50,765 nucleotides of DNA from an uncultured Oribacterium sp. GTDB taxonomy: Bacteria > Bacillota > Clostridia > Lachnospirales > Lachnospiraceae. A model generated the notes under the pieces. It was not told where the DNA came from and made no database searches. It saw nothing but the letters and a program-made list of their open reading frames with translations. Shown one piece after another: positions 37,571-46,003 of the stretch. The DNA lies in assembly GCA_902485915.1 (NCBI GenBank), contig CABTMH010000169.1, positions 1 to 50,765 of the forward strand. The letters are read 5' to 3'. The stretch's first letter is position 1, and each line of letters starts with the position of its first letter. The position numbers and the translations under genes are program-made.

Positions 37571-38905
37571 ATGGCTAATACAACCGCTATTGCAGTTCTC
37601 CTGATCACATTCTTCGTACTGATTTTCCTTAGAGTACCGATTGCGTACTCTGTAGCACTTTCTTCTGTCTGCTGTCTGCTTTACCAGGGACTTCCGCTGA
37701 ATACGGTGGCACAGCAGATGGTAAAGGGTATTTCTTCGTTCTCACTGATGGCCGTTCCGTTCTTCATCACCATGGGTGTCTACATGGGAACCGGTGGTAT
37801 CTCTGAGAAGCTGCTGGATCTGGCGGACGCCTTCGTCGGCTGGATGACCGGTGGTCTCGCCATGGTAAACATCCTGGCATCCTACTTCTTCGGTGGTATC
37901 TCTGGATCCGCTTCTGCAGATACCGCATCCCTCGGCTCTCTTGAGATCCCGATGATGGTAAACCGTGGTTATGATGTCGACTTCGCAACGGCTGTTACCA
38001 TCGCATCCTCTGTGGAGGGTATGCTGGTTCCGCCATCCCACAACATGGTTATCTATGCGACGACGGCAGGTGGTATCTCCATCGGTTCGCTCTTCCTCGC
38101 AGGTTACCTTCCAGGTGTTGTTCTCGCAGGTTCCCTGATGATCGGTTCCTACATCATCTCGAAGAAGAGACACTATCCGAAGGGTGAGCCGTTCTCACTG
38201 AAGAGACTGGGCCGCAGCCTCGCAACCTCCATCTGGGCACTGATGTGCATCCTGATCGTCGTTGTCGGTGTCGTAGCCGGCGTGTTCACAGCGACCGAGT
38301 CTGCTGCGATCGCCGTTATCTACTCACTGCTTGTATCGATTTACATTTATAAGGGTATCACCTGGAAGCAGGCATGGGAGTGCCTCGACAGCTGTGTAGA
38401 GACCCTCGGTATCGTGCTGATCCTCATCTCTACTTCCTCGATCTTCGGCTACTGCCTGACCAGACTCCATGTTCCGGATCTCGCAGCAAACCTGATCACC
38501 GGTGTTTCGAACAACCCGGTTGTCATCGCACTGCTCGTGAACCTCATCCTTCTGATCCTCGGCTGCATCATGGATATGGCCCCGATCATCCTGATTTCGA
38601 CCCCGATTCTCCTTCCGATCGTTATGAATATCGGTATGGATCCGGTTCAGTATGGTATCATCCTCGTTCTCAACTGTGGTATCGGTCTTCTGACACCACC
38701 GGTAGGTTCGGTTCTGTTCATCGGTGCAGCGATCGCGAAGCGTCCGATGGAGAAGATCGTCGTAGCGATGCTTCCGTTCTATGTGATGATGGTCGTAGCA
38801 CTGATGCTGATTACGTTCGTTCCGAACATCTCCCTCCTCATCCCGAAGCTTTTCGGCTATGTACAGCAGGGTACTGGTGTTCTTTCCATGATCGGCAAGT
38901 TGTAA
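37571..38905 (+). CDS. dctM: TRAP large permease
   Basis: Motifs LMAVPFFI, FGGISGSASAD, LVPPSH, FTATES and IGLLTPPVG. Confidence 0.95.
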   Translation: MANTTAIAVLLITFFVLIFLRVPIAYSVALSSVCCLLYQGLPLNTVAQQMVKGISSFSLMAVPFFITMGVYMGTGGISEKLLDLADAFVGWMTGGLAMVNILASYFFGGISGSASADTASLGSLEIPMMVNRGYDVDFATAVTIASSVEGMLVPPSHNMVIYATTAGGISIGSLFLAGYLPGVVLAGSLMIGSYIISKKRHYPKGEPFSLKRLGRSLATSIWALMCILIVVVGVVAGVFTATESAAIAVIYSLLVSIYIYKGITWKQAWECLDSCVETLGIVLILISTSSIFGYCLTRLHVPDLAANLITGVSNNPVVIALLVNLILLILGCIMDMAPIILISTPILLPIVMNIGMDPVQYGIILVLNCGIGLLTPPVGSVLFIGAAIAKRPMEKIVVAMLPFYVMMVVALMLITFVPNISLLIPKLFGYVQQGTGVLSMIGKL

Positions 38906-38936
38906 GCAGCGTGTCTGCATGTGAATTTATGCGATT

Positions 38937-38972
38937 AAAAAGCGCGGCGGTTGAATCCGCCGTGCTTTTTTT
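38937..38972 (+). terminator. Intrinsic terminator after dctM
   Basis: AAAAAGCGCGGCGG-ttgaat-CCGCCGTGCTTTTT. Confidence 0.8.
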
Positions 38973-39007
38973 ATAAGATGGATGCGAACAGGAAGAGAGG
39001 TATATGC

Positions 39008-39508
39008 ATGCGTTATCATTTTAAGTACAGAAACGGCGTGAAGGAGATGTGGGAGCTCGCGATGATCTATCAGTACAGCTCGATGGTCGGTGTGGTCAAT
39101 GTCGTCTTTACCTTCGCGATGGCGGTCCTCGCGGGTGCCAGCTACGGAAATCACTGGATGGGCTGGCTCATCGTTTCGGCGTTCGGTACGGTTTATTTCC
39201 CGCTTATTCAGCCACTGATCGTTTATGTTCGATGCAGAAAAAATGCAGTGAAGATCCAGGAGGATACAGAACTTGCATTTTCGGAGGAGCAGATCTATAT
39301 CACCGTAGGGGAGCAGCACCAGACACTGACATGGAAGGAAATCTATGCGGTTCGTCGCTATCTGAATCTGACCGTGCTGTATACCGGACGTGGACACGGA
39401 CTGGTGATTCCGGGCTATGCCTTCCAGAGTAAAGACGAAAGTAAATCCTTCCTTCAGTTTGCAGAGACAAGTGCAGTGAAGGCCCACCCGGCGAAGAAGA
39501 CGAAGTGA
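39008..39508 (+). CDS. YcxB-like membrane protein
   Basis: Two TMs followed by a beta-rich tail with W.EI and L.IP patterns. Confidence 0.65.
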   Translation: MRYHFKYRNGVKEMWELAMIYQYSSMVGVVNVVFTFAMAVLAGASYGNHWMGWLIVSAFGTVYFPLIQPLIVYVRCRKNAVKIQEDTELAFSEEQIYITVGEQHQTLTWKEIYAVRRYLNLTVLYTGRGHGLVIPGYAFQSKDESKSFLQFAETSAVKAHPAKKTK

Positions 39509-39535
39509 CGGTAGACAGTGAAGAGACGCGGTGAC

Positions 39536-40696
39536 ATGAAGAAACAGACGATTTTTTCTTTCAGAGGACGCAGAAAGTGCCTGCTGCTGAGCCTCAGCGG
39601 TATCGTTCTGCTGAGTCAGCTACCTGGATGCAGTGCGGCAGCGGCCGACGCGCCGAAGAAAGCGAGCTCGCAGGATACAGGCGGTGCCGGTGTGGCGTCG
39701 AGGTCAGGTGCGGATGCTGCGGGGACTGCAGACGTACAGACGGATCGATCGCAGAAATCCCGCGAGAAGCAGAAAAAGACCCCGGAATATGTCTTCAGCT
39801 ATGCTGACAACCAGACGGGCAATTATCCCACTGTCCAGGCAGCACGACGCTTTGCAGACCAGGTGAAGCAGGAAACCGATGGCCGCATCGAGATACGTGT
39901 GTATCCGAACGCAGAGCTCGGGGATGAGGCTTCTGCGGTCCAGCAGGTATCGTATGGTGGCATCGATTTCTGCCGTTGTTCTCTCTCGAATCTGTCGGAC
40001 TATAGTGAAGAAACGCTCGTACTGCAGCTGCCTTATCTATATGAGGACCGCGACCATATGTGGCGGGTACTGGATGGGGAGATCGGCGTACAGGTGAAGG
40101 ACAGCTTCCAGGGAAGCGGTATGGTTGCACTTTCCTGGTTTGATGCCGGCGTTCGTAATTTCTATACGACGGATAAAGCGATCCACTGTCTCGAGGACAT
40201 GCAGGGGATGAAGATCCGTGTCCAGCAGGCAGCACTCGCAGAAGACATGGTGGAGGCGCTGGGTGCGGAAGCGATGCCGATCGTCTACGAAGCCGTCAAG
40301 GATGCGCTGCGGACCGGTGAGATCGATGGCGCGGAAAACAACTGGGCGTCCTATGAGGCGATGGAACATGACGAAATCGCCCGGTACTATACCGTAGATG
40401 AGCATATGCGCGTTCCGGAGCTGATGCTCGTCAGCAGTGCGACCTGGACGCAGCTTTCCGAGGAGGATCAGGCGACGATTCAGCGCTGTGCAGATGCGGC
40501 CGGCCTCTATGAGCGTGCGCTCTGGACGGCACGTGAAGCGAGCGCACGGGAGAAGTGTCTTCGGGAGGGCACCGTCGAAATCGTGCTTTCAGATCAGGAA
40601 AAGAAGCGCTTCCGGGATGCTGTTTCTCCTCTTTACAAAAAGTACTGCGGGGATTATGCTGAACTCGTTGAAAAAATCAATGAAATAAGAGATTGA
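39536..40696 (+). CDS. Second TRAP DctP-family substrate-binding protein
   Basis: Motifs VYPNAELGDE, LQLPYLY, GVRNFY, GMKIRV and IDGAENN. Confidence 0.9.
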   Translation: MKKQTIFSFRGRRKCLLLSLSGIVLLSQLPGCSAAAADAPKKASSQDTGGAGVASRSGADAAGTADVQTDRSQKSREKQKKTPEYVFSYADNQTGNYPTVQAARRFADQVKQETDGRIEIRVYPNAELGDEASAVQQVSYGGIDFCRCSLSNLSDYSEETLVLQLPYLYEDRDHMWRVLDGEIGVQVKDSFQGSGMVALSWFDAGVRNFYTTDKAIHCLEDMQGMKIRVQQAALAEDMVEALGAEAMPIVYEAVKDALRTGEIDGAENNWASYEAMEHDEIARYYTVDEHMRVPELMLVSSATWTQLSEEDQATIQRCADAAGLYERALWTAREASAREKCLREGTVEIVLSDQEKKRFRDAVSPLYKKYCGDYAELVEKINEIRD

Positions 40697-40714
40697 TAAG
40701 AAGGTAGAGAATAT

Positions 40715-42118
40715 ATGTATCAGATTCAGTTTGATAAGCCTGTACACGTTCATTTCATCGGTATCGGCGGTATTTCCATGAGCGGTCTCGCCGAGATCCT
40801 GCTCTCACGGAAATTCCCGGTGTCCGGCTCCGACAGCCATGAGTCAGCATTGACCGACCAGCTGGCAGAGCAGGGCGCGGTGGTCCACTATCCGCAGATG
40901 GCAGAGAACATCACAGATGACATCGATGTCGTCGTCTATACGGCGGCGATTCATCCGGATAACCCGGAGTTCAGAGCCGCACAGGAGAAGAATCTCCCGA
41001 TGCTGACCCGGGCCCAGCTCCTCGGTGAGATCATGCGGAACTATAAGGAGGCGATCAATGTCTCGGGCACCCATGGAAAGACGACCACGACCTCGATGAT
41101 CACGGAGATCCTGCTCGAGGCGCATAAGGATCCGACCGTTTCCGTCGGCGGTATGCTGAAGGACATCGGTGGAAACATCCGCGTCGGTGGACGGGAGACC
41201 TTCGTCGTGGAGGCCTGTGAGTACACGAATTCCTTCCTGAGCTTCTTCCCGACCATCGAGGTCATCCTGAACGTCGAAGCCGATCATCTCGATTTCTTCA
41301 AGGACATCGATGATATCCGTCACAGCTTTAAGCTCTTTGCAGAGAAGCTGCCGGAGGATGGCCTGCTGGTGATTAATAAGGACATCAAGCACAGCGAATA
41401 CTTCACGCAGGCGCTGAAGTGCCGGGTCGTCACCTTCGGACACGAGAAGGATGCAGACTATACGGCAAACTTCATCAGCTACGATAAGTTCGCACATCCG
41501 AGCTATACCCTTTTCTATAAGGGCGAAGAGCTGGCGAAGGTGGAGCTCGGCGTCACCGGCGAGCATAACATCTATAACTCGCTTGCGGCGGTTGCAGTCG
41601 CCCGTTCGCTCGATATCCCGATGGAGACGATCCTGCGTGGCCTGAAGCGCTTCACCGGCACAGACCGCCGCTTCCAGAAGAAGGGCAGTGTGAACGGCTT
41701 CACCATCATCGATGACTATGCGCATCATCCACAGGAGATCGCAGCGACCATCGAGGCGGCGAAGAAGTATCCGCATCGGAAGCTCTGGATCGTATTCCAG
41801 CCGCATACCTACAGCCGTACAGCAGCACTGCTCGATGATTTTGCAGGTGCGCTGAGCCAGGCGGATGAGATCGTGCTGGCGGACATCTATGCGGCACGAG
41901 AAAAGAACACCATCGGCATCAGCTCCGATGATCTTCGGAAGCATATGCTCGAGCAGAATACAAATGTATATTACATTCCGAAGTTTGAAGACATCGAGGA
42001 CTTCCTCCTGCAGCATGTAGAGGAGGGCGATGTCCTGATTACGATGGGTGCAGGCGATATCTATAAGGTCGGCGACGACCTGCTGAAGCAGCCAGGTGCC
42101 ATCGTGGAAGAAGCCTGA
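40715..42118 (+). CDS. murC: UDP-N-acetylmuramate--L-alanine ligase
   Basis: Motifs HFIGIGGISMSG, GTHGKTTT, EACEY, DHLD, DDYAHHP, FQPH and MGAGD. Confidence 0.98.
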   Translation: MYQIQFDKPVHVHFIGIGGISMSGLAEILLSRKFPVSGSDSHESALTDQLAEQGAVVHYPQMAENITDDIDVVVYTAAIHPDNPEFRAAQEKNLPMLTRAQLLGEIMRNYKEAINVSGTHGKTTTTSMITEILLEAHKDPTVSVGGMLKDIGGNIRVGGRETFVVEACEYTNSFLSFFPTIEVILNVEADHLDFFKDIDDIRHSFKLFAEKLPEDGLLVINKDIKHSEYFTQALKCRVVTFGHEKDADYTANFISYDKFAHPSYTLFYKGEELAKVELGVTGEHNIYNSLAAVAVARSLDIPMETILRGLKRFTGTDRRFQKKGSVNGFTIIDDYAHHPQEIAATIEAAKKYPHRKLWIVFQPHTYSRTAALLDDFAGALSQADEIVLADIYAAREKNTIGISSDDLRKHMLEQNTNVYYIPKFEDIEDFLLQHVEEGDVLITMGAGDIYKVGDDLLKQPGAIVEEA

Positions 42119-42123
42119 TCAGA

Positions 42124-42163
42124 CGAGGTCAGAACCCCTTACGCGGGTTCTGGCCTCGCTTTT
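42124..42163 (+). terminator. Intrinsic terminator after murC
   Basis: CGAGGTCAGAACCC-7nt-GGGTTCTGGCCTCG followed by CTTTT. Confidence 0.8.
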
Positions 42164-42191
42164 CGTTACTGTTCAATCGTGTAGTGACCGG
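42164..42191 (-). repeat. Intergenic repeat, copy 6 (single arm, reverse, degenerate)
   Basis: CGTTACTGTTCAATCGTGTAGTGACCGG resembles the reverse complement of the core. Confidence 0.65.
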
Positions 42192-42270
42192 ATCCAACTG
42201 AAAATGTAAGCGTTTGCAGAAAAGAAATAAGTTTTCATCAACAGGAATTAATGGAAATCCACCGCTATGC

Positions 42271-42446
42271 TGTGGATAAACACCGGATTGTACTATTTAA
42301 ATACAATCCGTTGCCGCCCTTGACATCGATTTTACGTGCTTTTACACATTGCAAGAAAATTGTAAACAATTTAGAATCGAGATGTAGGTCTTGACTTTTC
42401 AGCTGTGAACATTATCCACCGTGATGTGGATAACTTAGGTGGATAA
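42271..42446. promoter_or_regulatory. DnaA-box cluster
   Basis: Perfect TGTGGATAA at 42271 and 42425; one-mismatch TTATCCACC at 42412 and GGTGGATAA at 42438. Confidence 0.8.
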
Positions 42447-42464
42447 AGTTGTGGACTGGATCGG

Positions 42465-42493
42465 TTGAAGAGCCTTGCCCCCTGTGTTATCAT
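42465..42493 (+). promoter_or_regulatory. Putative SigA promoter of the dnaD-dnaC operon
   Basis: TTGAAG-17-TATCAT with an extended TG. Confidence 0.55.
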
Positions 42494-42642
42494 CATTTCA
42501 CCGAAGCAAACGGTGGTCCTGCCACCGGGCATTGCGGTGGGCGTGTACCCTGAGAACGACGTCTGCGTGATCGATTTTGCATCGGATTTTTTTAACTGTA
42601 GATTTCCGTATCACGGAATGTAGATAGAACCGGGTAGTTGAG

Positions 42643-43449
42643 ATGGGCACAAATATTGTTGATAACCTTGCGGTACATGCGACCTGTATTTCGAACGATT
42701 TTCTGGATAAGTATCTGGGATCGGCGAACGGGGATTATATAAAAGTATATCTGCTGATGCTTCGGCATAAGGGCGAGCAGTTTACGGTGACGGATGCGGC
42801 GGATGCGCTGAATCTGACCGACGGCGATATCGAGCGTGCCGTGCGCTACTGGGAGAAGCAGGGTGTGTTTAAGGCGGGGACCGATGCCCTCGTTCGCGAG
42901 GAGCTTCATCAGACCTGCGATTCAGAGGAAGAAGCAGAGGGACAGAGCGCTGAAGCTGCGTCGGCCGCGATTCCGTCACAGGCGATGGAGCAGGCCGAGC
43001 AGAAGCTCGAGAAGCTTTCTGGTACCGTCGATGATGTGTTCGATGATGAGGAGTTCGCCGGTATCCTGTTTGTGGCGAAGCATGTTCTTCCGACACTTCC
43101 GAGCATCCGTCAGGTGGAGACGCTTCAGTATATGTATAAAGATCTCCACATGCAGGCCGATGTCATCGAGTATCTGCTGGAGTACTGTGCGAGCATCAAG
43201 AAGACGACCAGCAAGTATCTGCAGGCCGTTGCGATTAACTGGCACGAGCAGGGCATCGTCACGCTGGCACAGGCACGGGAGCTGATCCGGTCCTTCGAAG
43301 AGAAGAAGACGAAAAAGAAGACCAGTGGTTCCAGCTCCAGAAACAACAAGTTCCTTAACATCGCAAAGTCAGAAATCGATTATGACAGCATCGCGCAGAA
43401 GCGTGTGCTGGACAGGATGAAGAATGGCACTCACGAATGCACAGTATAA
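42643..43449 (+). CDS. DnaD/DnaB-domain replication protein
   Basis: ISNDFLDKYL..ANGDYIKVYL N-terminus; DnaD-domain-like VIEYLLEYC...YLQAVAINW. Confidence 0.82.
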   Translation: MGTNIVDNLAVHATCISNDFLDKYLGSANGDYIKVYLLMLRHKGEQFTVTDAADALNLTDGDIERAVRYWEKQGVFKAGTDALVREELHQTCDSEEEAEGQSAEAASAAIPSQAMEQAEQKLEKLSGTVDDVFDDEEFAGILFVAKHVLPTLPSIRQVETLQYMYKDLHMQADVIEYLLEYCASIKKTTSKYLQAVAINWHEQGIVTLAQARELIRSFEEKKTKKKTSGSSSRNNKFLNIAKSEIDYDSIAQKRVLDRMKNGTHECTV

Positions 43450-44395
43450 TCAAATCATGCACGTCTATGACGTCCGTCGCATGAAGGATGCGTTGCATCT
43501 CGAGGCACGGAAAAAGGACGCGTATCAGAAGCTTCCGGAGCTGAAGGCTCTGGAGGCTTCTGTGCGCGCGGAGGCGGGACGTACGCTCCAGCTGATGCGG
43601 GAGGGACAGAAGGAGGAGCTTCGGAACCTGAAGGACCATATCCGCGCCATCGGCGAAGAGAAGAAGGATCTGCTCGTACGAAACGGCTTTCCGGCAGACT
43701 ATCTCGAGATGCAGTATACCTGTCCGGACTGCCAGGATACCGGCTTCGTCGGTGGGGAGAAGTGTCACTGCTTCAAAAAGATGCAGATGCAGTTTATCTA
43801 TCAGCAGTCCCATCTCGGACGCATCGTACGAACACAGAACTTCGATCACTTCGATCTCACACGCTTCGATGATCGGGAGCTGATCGATGCTGCGGGCGGA
43901 AAGACGAACCGTCAGTATATGGCGGAGGTCCGGAATCTGCTGCTGGACTGGACGCAGAACTTCGATGAGCAGCATGGTAACGTGATCCTGATGGGAAATC
44001 CGGGTACCGGAAAGACCTTCCTCATCAACTGTGTGGCGAAGGCGCTGATGGACAGCTATCATTCGGTGATTTATTTCACCAGCACGGATCTCTTCGACAG
44101 CTTTTCGAGAGCACTTCGGCATGATGTGGAGGAGCAGGAGGAGACAGAGGATGCGATCATGAACTGTGATCTCCTCGTGATCGATGATCTCGGTACGGAG
44201 ATGAACAACAGCTATACGACCTCGCGTCTCTTTTATGTGCTGAATCAGCGGATGGTACTGCATAAGTCGGTGATGATTTCGACGAATCTGAACTTCCGGT
44301 CGATGCAGGATCGTTATTCCGATCGTATCGTCTCCCGTATCATGGCGGAGTACGACTACATCCCGCTCTACGGAGTGGACCAGAGGCTGCGCTGA
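43424..44395 (+). CDS. DnaC/DnaI-like helicase loader ATPase
   Basis: Zn motif CPDC..G....CHC, Walker A GNPGTGKT, LLVIDDLGTE, ISTNL, RIVSRI. Confidence 0.9.
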   Translation: MALTNAQYNQIMHVYDVRRMKDALHLEARKKDAYQKLPELKALEASVRAEAGRTLQLMREGQKEELRNLKDHIRAIGEEKKDLLVRNGFPADYLEMQYTCPDCQDTGFVGGEKCHCFKKMQMQFIYQQSHLGRIVRTQNFDHFDLTRFDDRELIDAAGGKTNRQYMAEVRNLLLDWTQNFDEQHGNVILMGNPGTGKTFLINCVAKALMDSYHSVIYFTSTDLFDSFSRALRHDVEEQEETEDAIMNCDLLVIDDLGTEMNNSYTTSRLFYVLNQRMVLHKSVMISTNLNFRSMQDRYSDRIVSRIMAEYDYIPLYGVDQRLR

Positions 44396-44423
44396 GCCGG
44401 AAGCAGCCACAGATCTCGGAGTA

Positions 44424-44484
44424 TGGTGCCTCCGTTGCCCCCTCCGTTGCCCCTGCCTGATCCGTACACGAGTGAGCAGTAACG
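44424..44484 (+). repeat. Intergenic repeat, copy 7, with an internal 12-bp duplication
   Basis: CCTCCGTTGCCC twice, then CTGCCTGATCCGTACACGAGTGAGCAGTAACG. Confidence 0.85.
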
Positions 44485-44596
44485 AAAAAATCCGTCGTTA
44501 TAGAATGAATGGTAAAAAGATGTTGACAGGCATGACTGTTTACATATATAAAGAAGGTTGATTTGAGATTGGAACGTTTCTAAGGAGGAGAGAGAA

Positions 44597-45811
44597 ATGT
44601 CAGATTCCAGAACTTCAGAGTTTATTGAGCGTATCCCGGTGGGACCACTGGCGCTGATGCCGCTCGATTCGATCCAGCCACTGGGCCAGAAGGTCGATGA
44701 GTATCTTTCTACATGGCGTACCCGCCGTGAGAGTGATCATAAGGAGACCATCGCCTTCAACGGCTACCAGAAGGACAGCTATATCGTACAGGCGAAGGTA
44801 TCCCGCTTCGGCTCCGGTGAGGCGAAGGCGAACATCCTCGAGACCGTACGTGGCGTGGATCTGTATCTGATGGTCGACGTCATGAACTATTCACAGACCT
44901 ACAGCCTGTTCGGCCAGGTGAACCACATGTCCCCGGATGATCACTACAGCGATCTGAAGCGTGTCATCGCAGCGACGACCGGCAAGGCGAAGCGCATCAA
45001 TGTTATCATGCCGTTCATGTATGAGTCCCGCCAGCACAAGCGTACCGGACGTGAGTCCCTCGACTGCGCGATGATGCTCCAGGAGCTTCATGCGATGGGC
45101 GTGGAGAACTTCATCACCTTCGATGCACATGATCCACGTGTCATGAATGCGATCCCGCAGGACAGCTTCGATAACATCTCCTGCTCCTACCAGTTCATCA
45201 AGGCGATCCTCACACATGTAGAGGATCTCGATATCGATAAGAACCACATGATGATCATCTCTCCGGATGAGGGTGGTATGAGCCGTGCGATCTACTACGC
45301 AAACGTGCTCGGCATCGACATGGGTATGTTCTATAAGAGACGTGACTACTCTAAGGTAGTGAACGGCCGTAACCCGATCGTGGCCCATGAGTTCCTCGGC
45401 GCAGATGTAGAGGGTAAGGATGTGTTTATCATCGACGATATGATCTCCTCCGGTGAGTCCCTCATCGATACGGCGAAGGAGCTGAAGGAGCGTAAGGCGA
45501 GACGTGTCTTCGCATGCTGCACCTTCGGTCTCTTCACCTCCGGCTTCAACAAGTTCGACCAGGCGTACGCGAACGGCACCTTAAACGGTGTCTTCACCAC
45601 GAACCTGATCTATCAGCAGCCGGAGCTTCTTACGAAGCCATGGTATGTCAGCGTTGATATGGCGAAGTACATCGCACTGATCATCGATAACCTGAACCAT
45701 GATATGTCGATCTCGACGATCCTGGATTCCAGCCAGAAGATCAACGATAAGGTCGCTGCATACAGAAGCCATCGCGAGGAGATGACCCAGCAGATGGAGC
45801 TTCCACTCTAA
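44597..45811 (+). CDS. prs: Ribose-phosphate pyrophosphokinase
   Basis: Motifs RFGSGE, YESRQH, FDAH, ISPDEGG and IIDDMISSGES. Confidence 0.95.
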   Translation: MSDSRTSEFIERIPVGPLALMPLDSIQPLGQKVDEYLSTWRTRRESDHKETIAFNGYQKDSYIVQAKVSRFGSGEAKANILETVRGVDLYLMVDVMNYSQTYSLFGQVNHMSPDDHYSDLKRVIAATTGKAKRINVIMPFMYESRQHKRTGRESLDCAMMLQELHAMGVENFITFDAHDPRVMNAIPQDSFDNISCSYQFIKAILTHVEDLDIDKNHMMIISPDEGGMSRAIYYANVLGIDMGMFYKRRDYSKVVNGRNPIVAHEFLGADVEGKDVFIIDDMISSGESLIDTAKELKERKARRVFACCTFGLFTSGFNKFDQAYANGTLNGVFTTNLIYQQPELLTKPWYVSVDMAKYIALIIDNLNHDMSISTILDSSQKINDKVAAYRSHREEMTQQMELPL

Positions 45812-45824
45812 ACCGTATGGATTT

Positions 45825-45928
45825 GGTTACTGTTCGCTCGTCAACTTGATTCAGGCCGGGGCCGTGTTGAGAAGCTGGCATCGGTCCTCCGACCCGCGGC
45901 CTGATCAGTACACGAGTGAACAGCAACC
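45825..45928 (+). repeat. Intergenic repeat, copy 8 (complete, both terminal inverted repeats)
   Basis: GGTTACTGTTCGCTCGT (45825-45841) vs ACGAGTGAACAGCAACC (45912-45928), 15/17 complementary; inner TCAGGCCG/CGGCCTGA also pair. Confidence 0.9.
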
Positions 45929-45956
45929 GATGACCGATATGCAGATCGATATACGA

Positions 45957-45985
45957 AAGAGTCGCCGTTGCAGGCGGCTCTTTTT
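45957..45985 (+). terminator. Terminator after prs, overlapping the next -35
   Basis: AAGAGTCGCC-gttgca-GGCGGCTCTTTTT. Confidence 0.7.
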
Positions 45986-46003
45986 CTATGTAAAATAAAA
46001 GCT

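Noticed and set aside
42499..42560. Glycine or TPP riboswitch (CCGAAG, CTGAGA words)
   Set aside because: Only isolated words match; the conserved cores and gene context do not fit.
43424..44395. IS21 IstB helper or prophage replication module
   Set aside because: No IstA or phage genes; the Zn motif and murC/prs context fit the chromosomal helicase loader.
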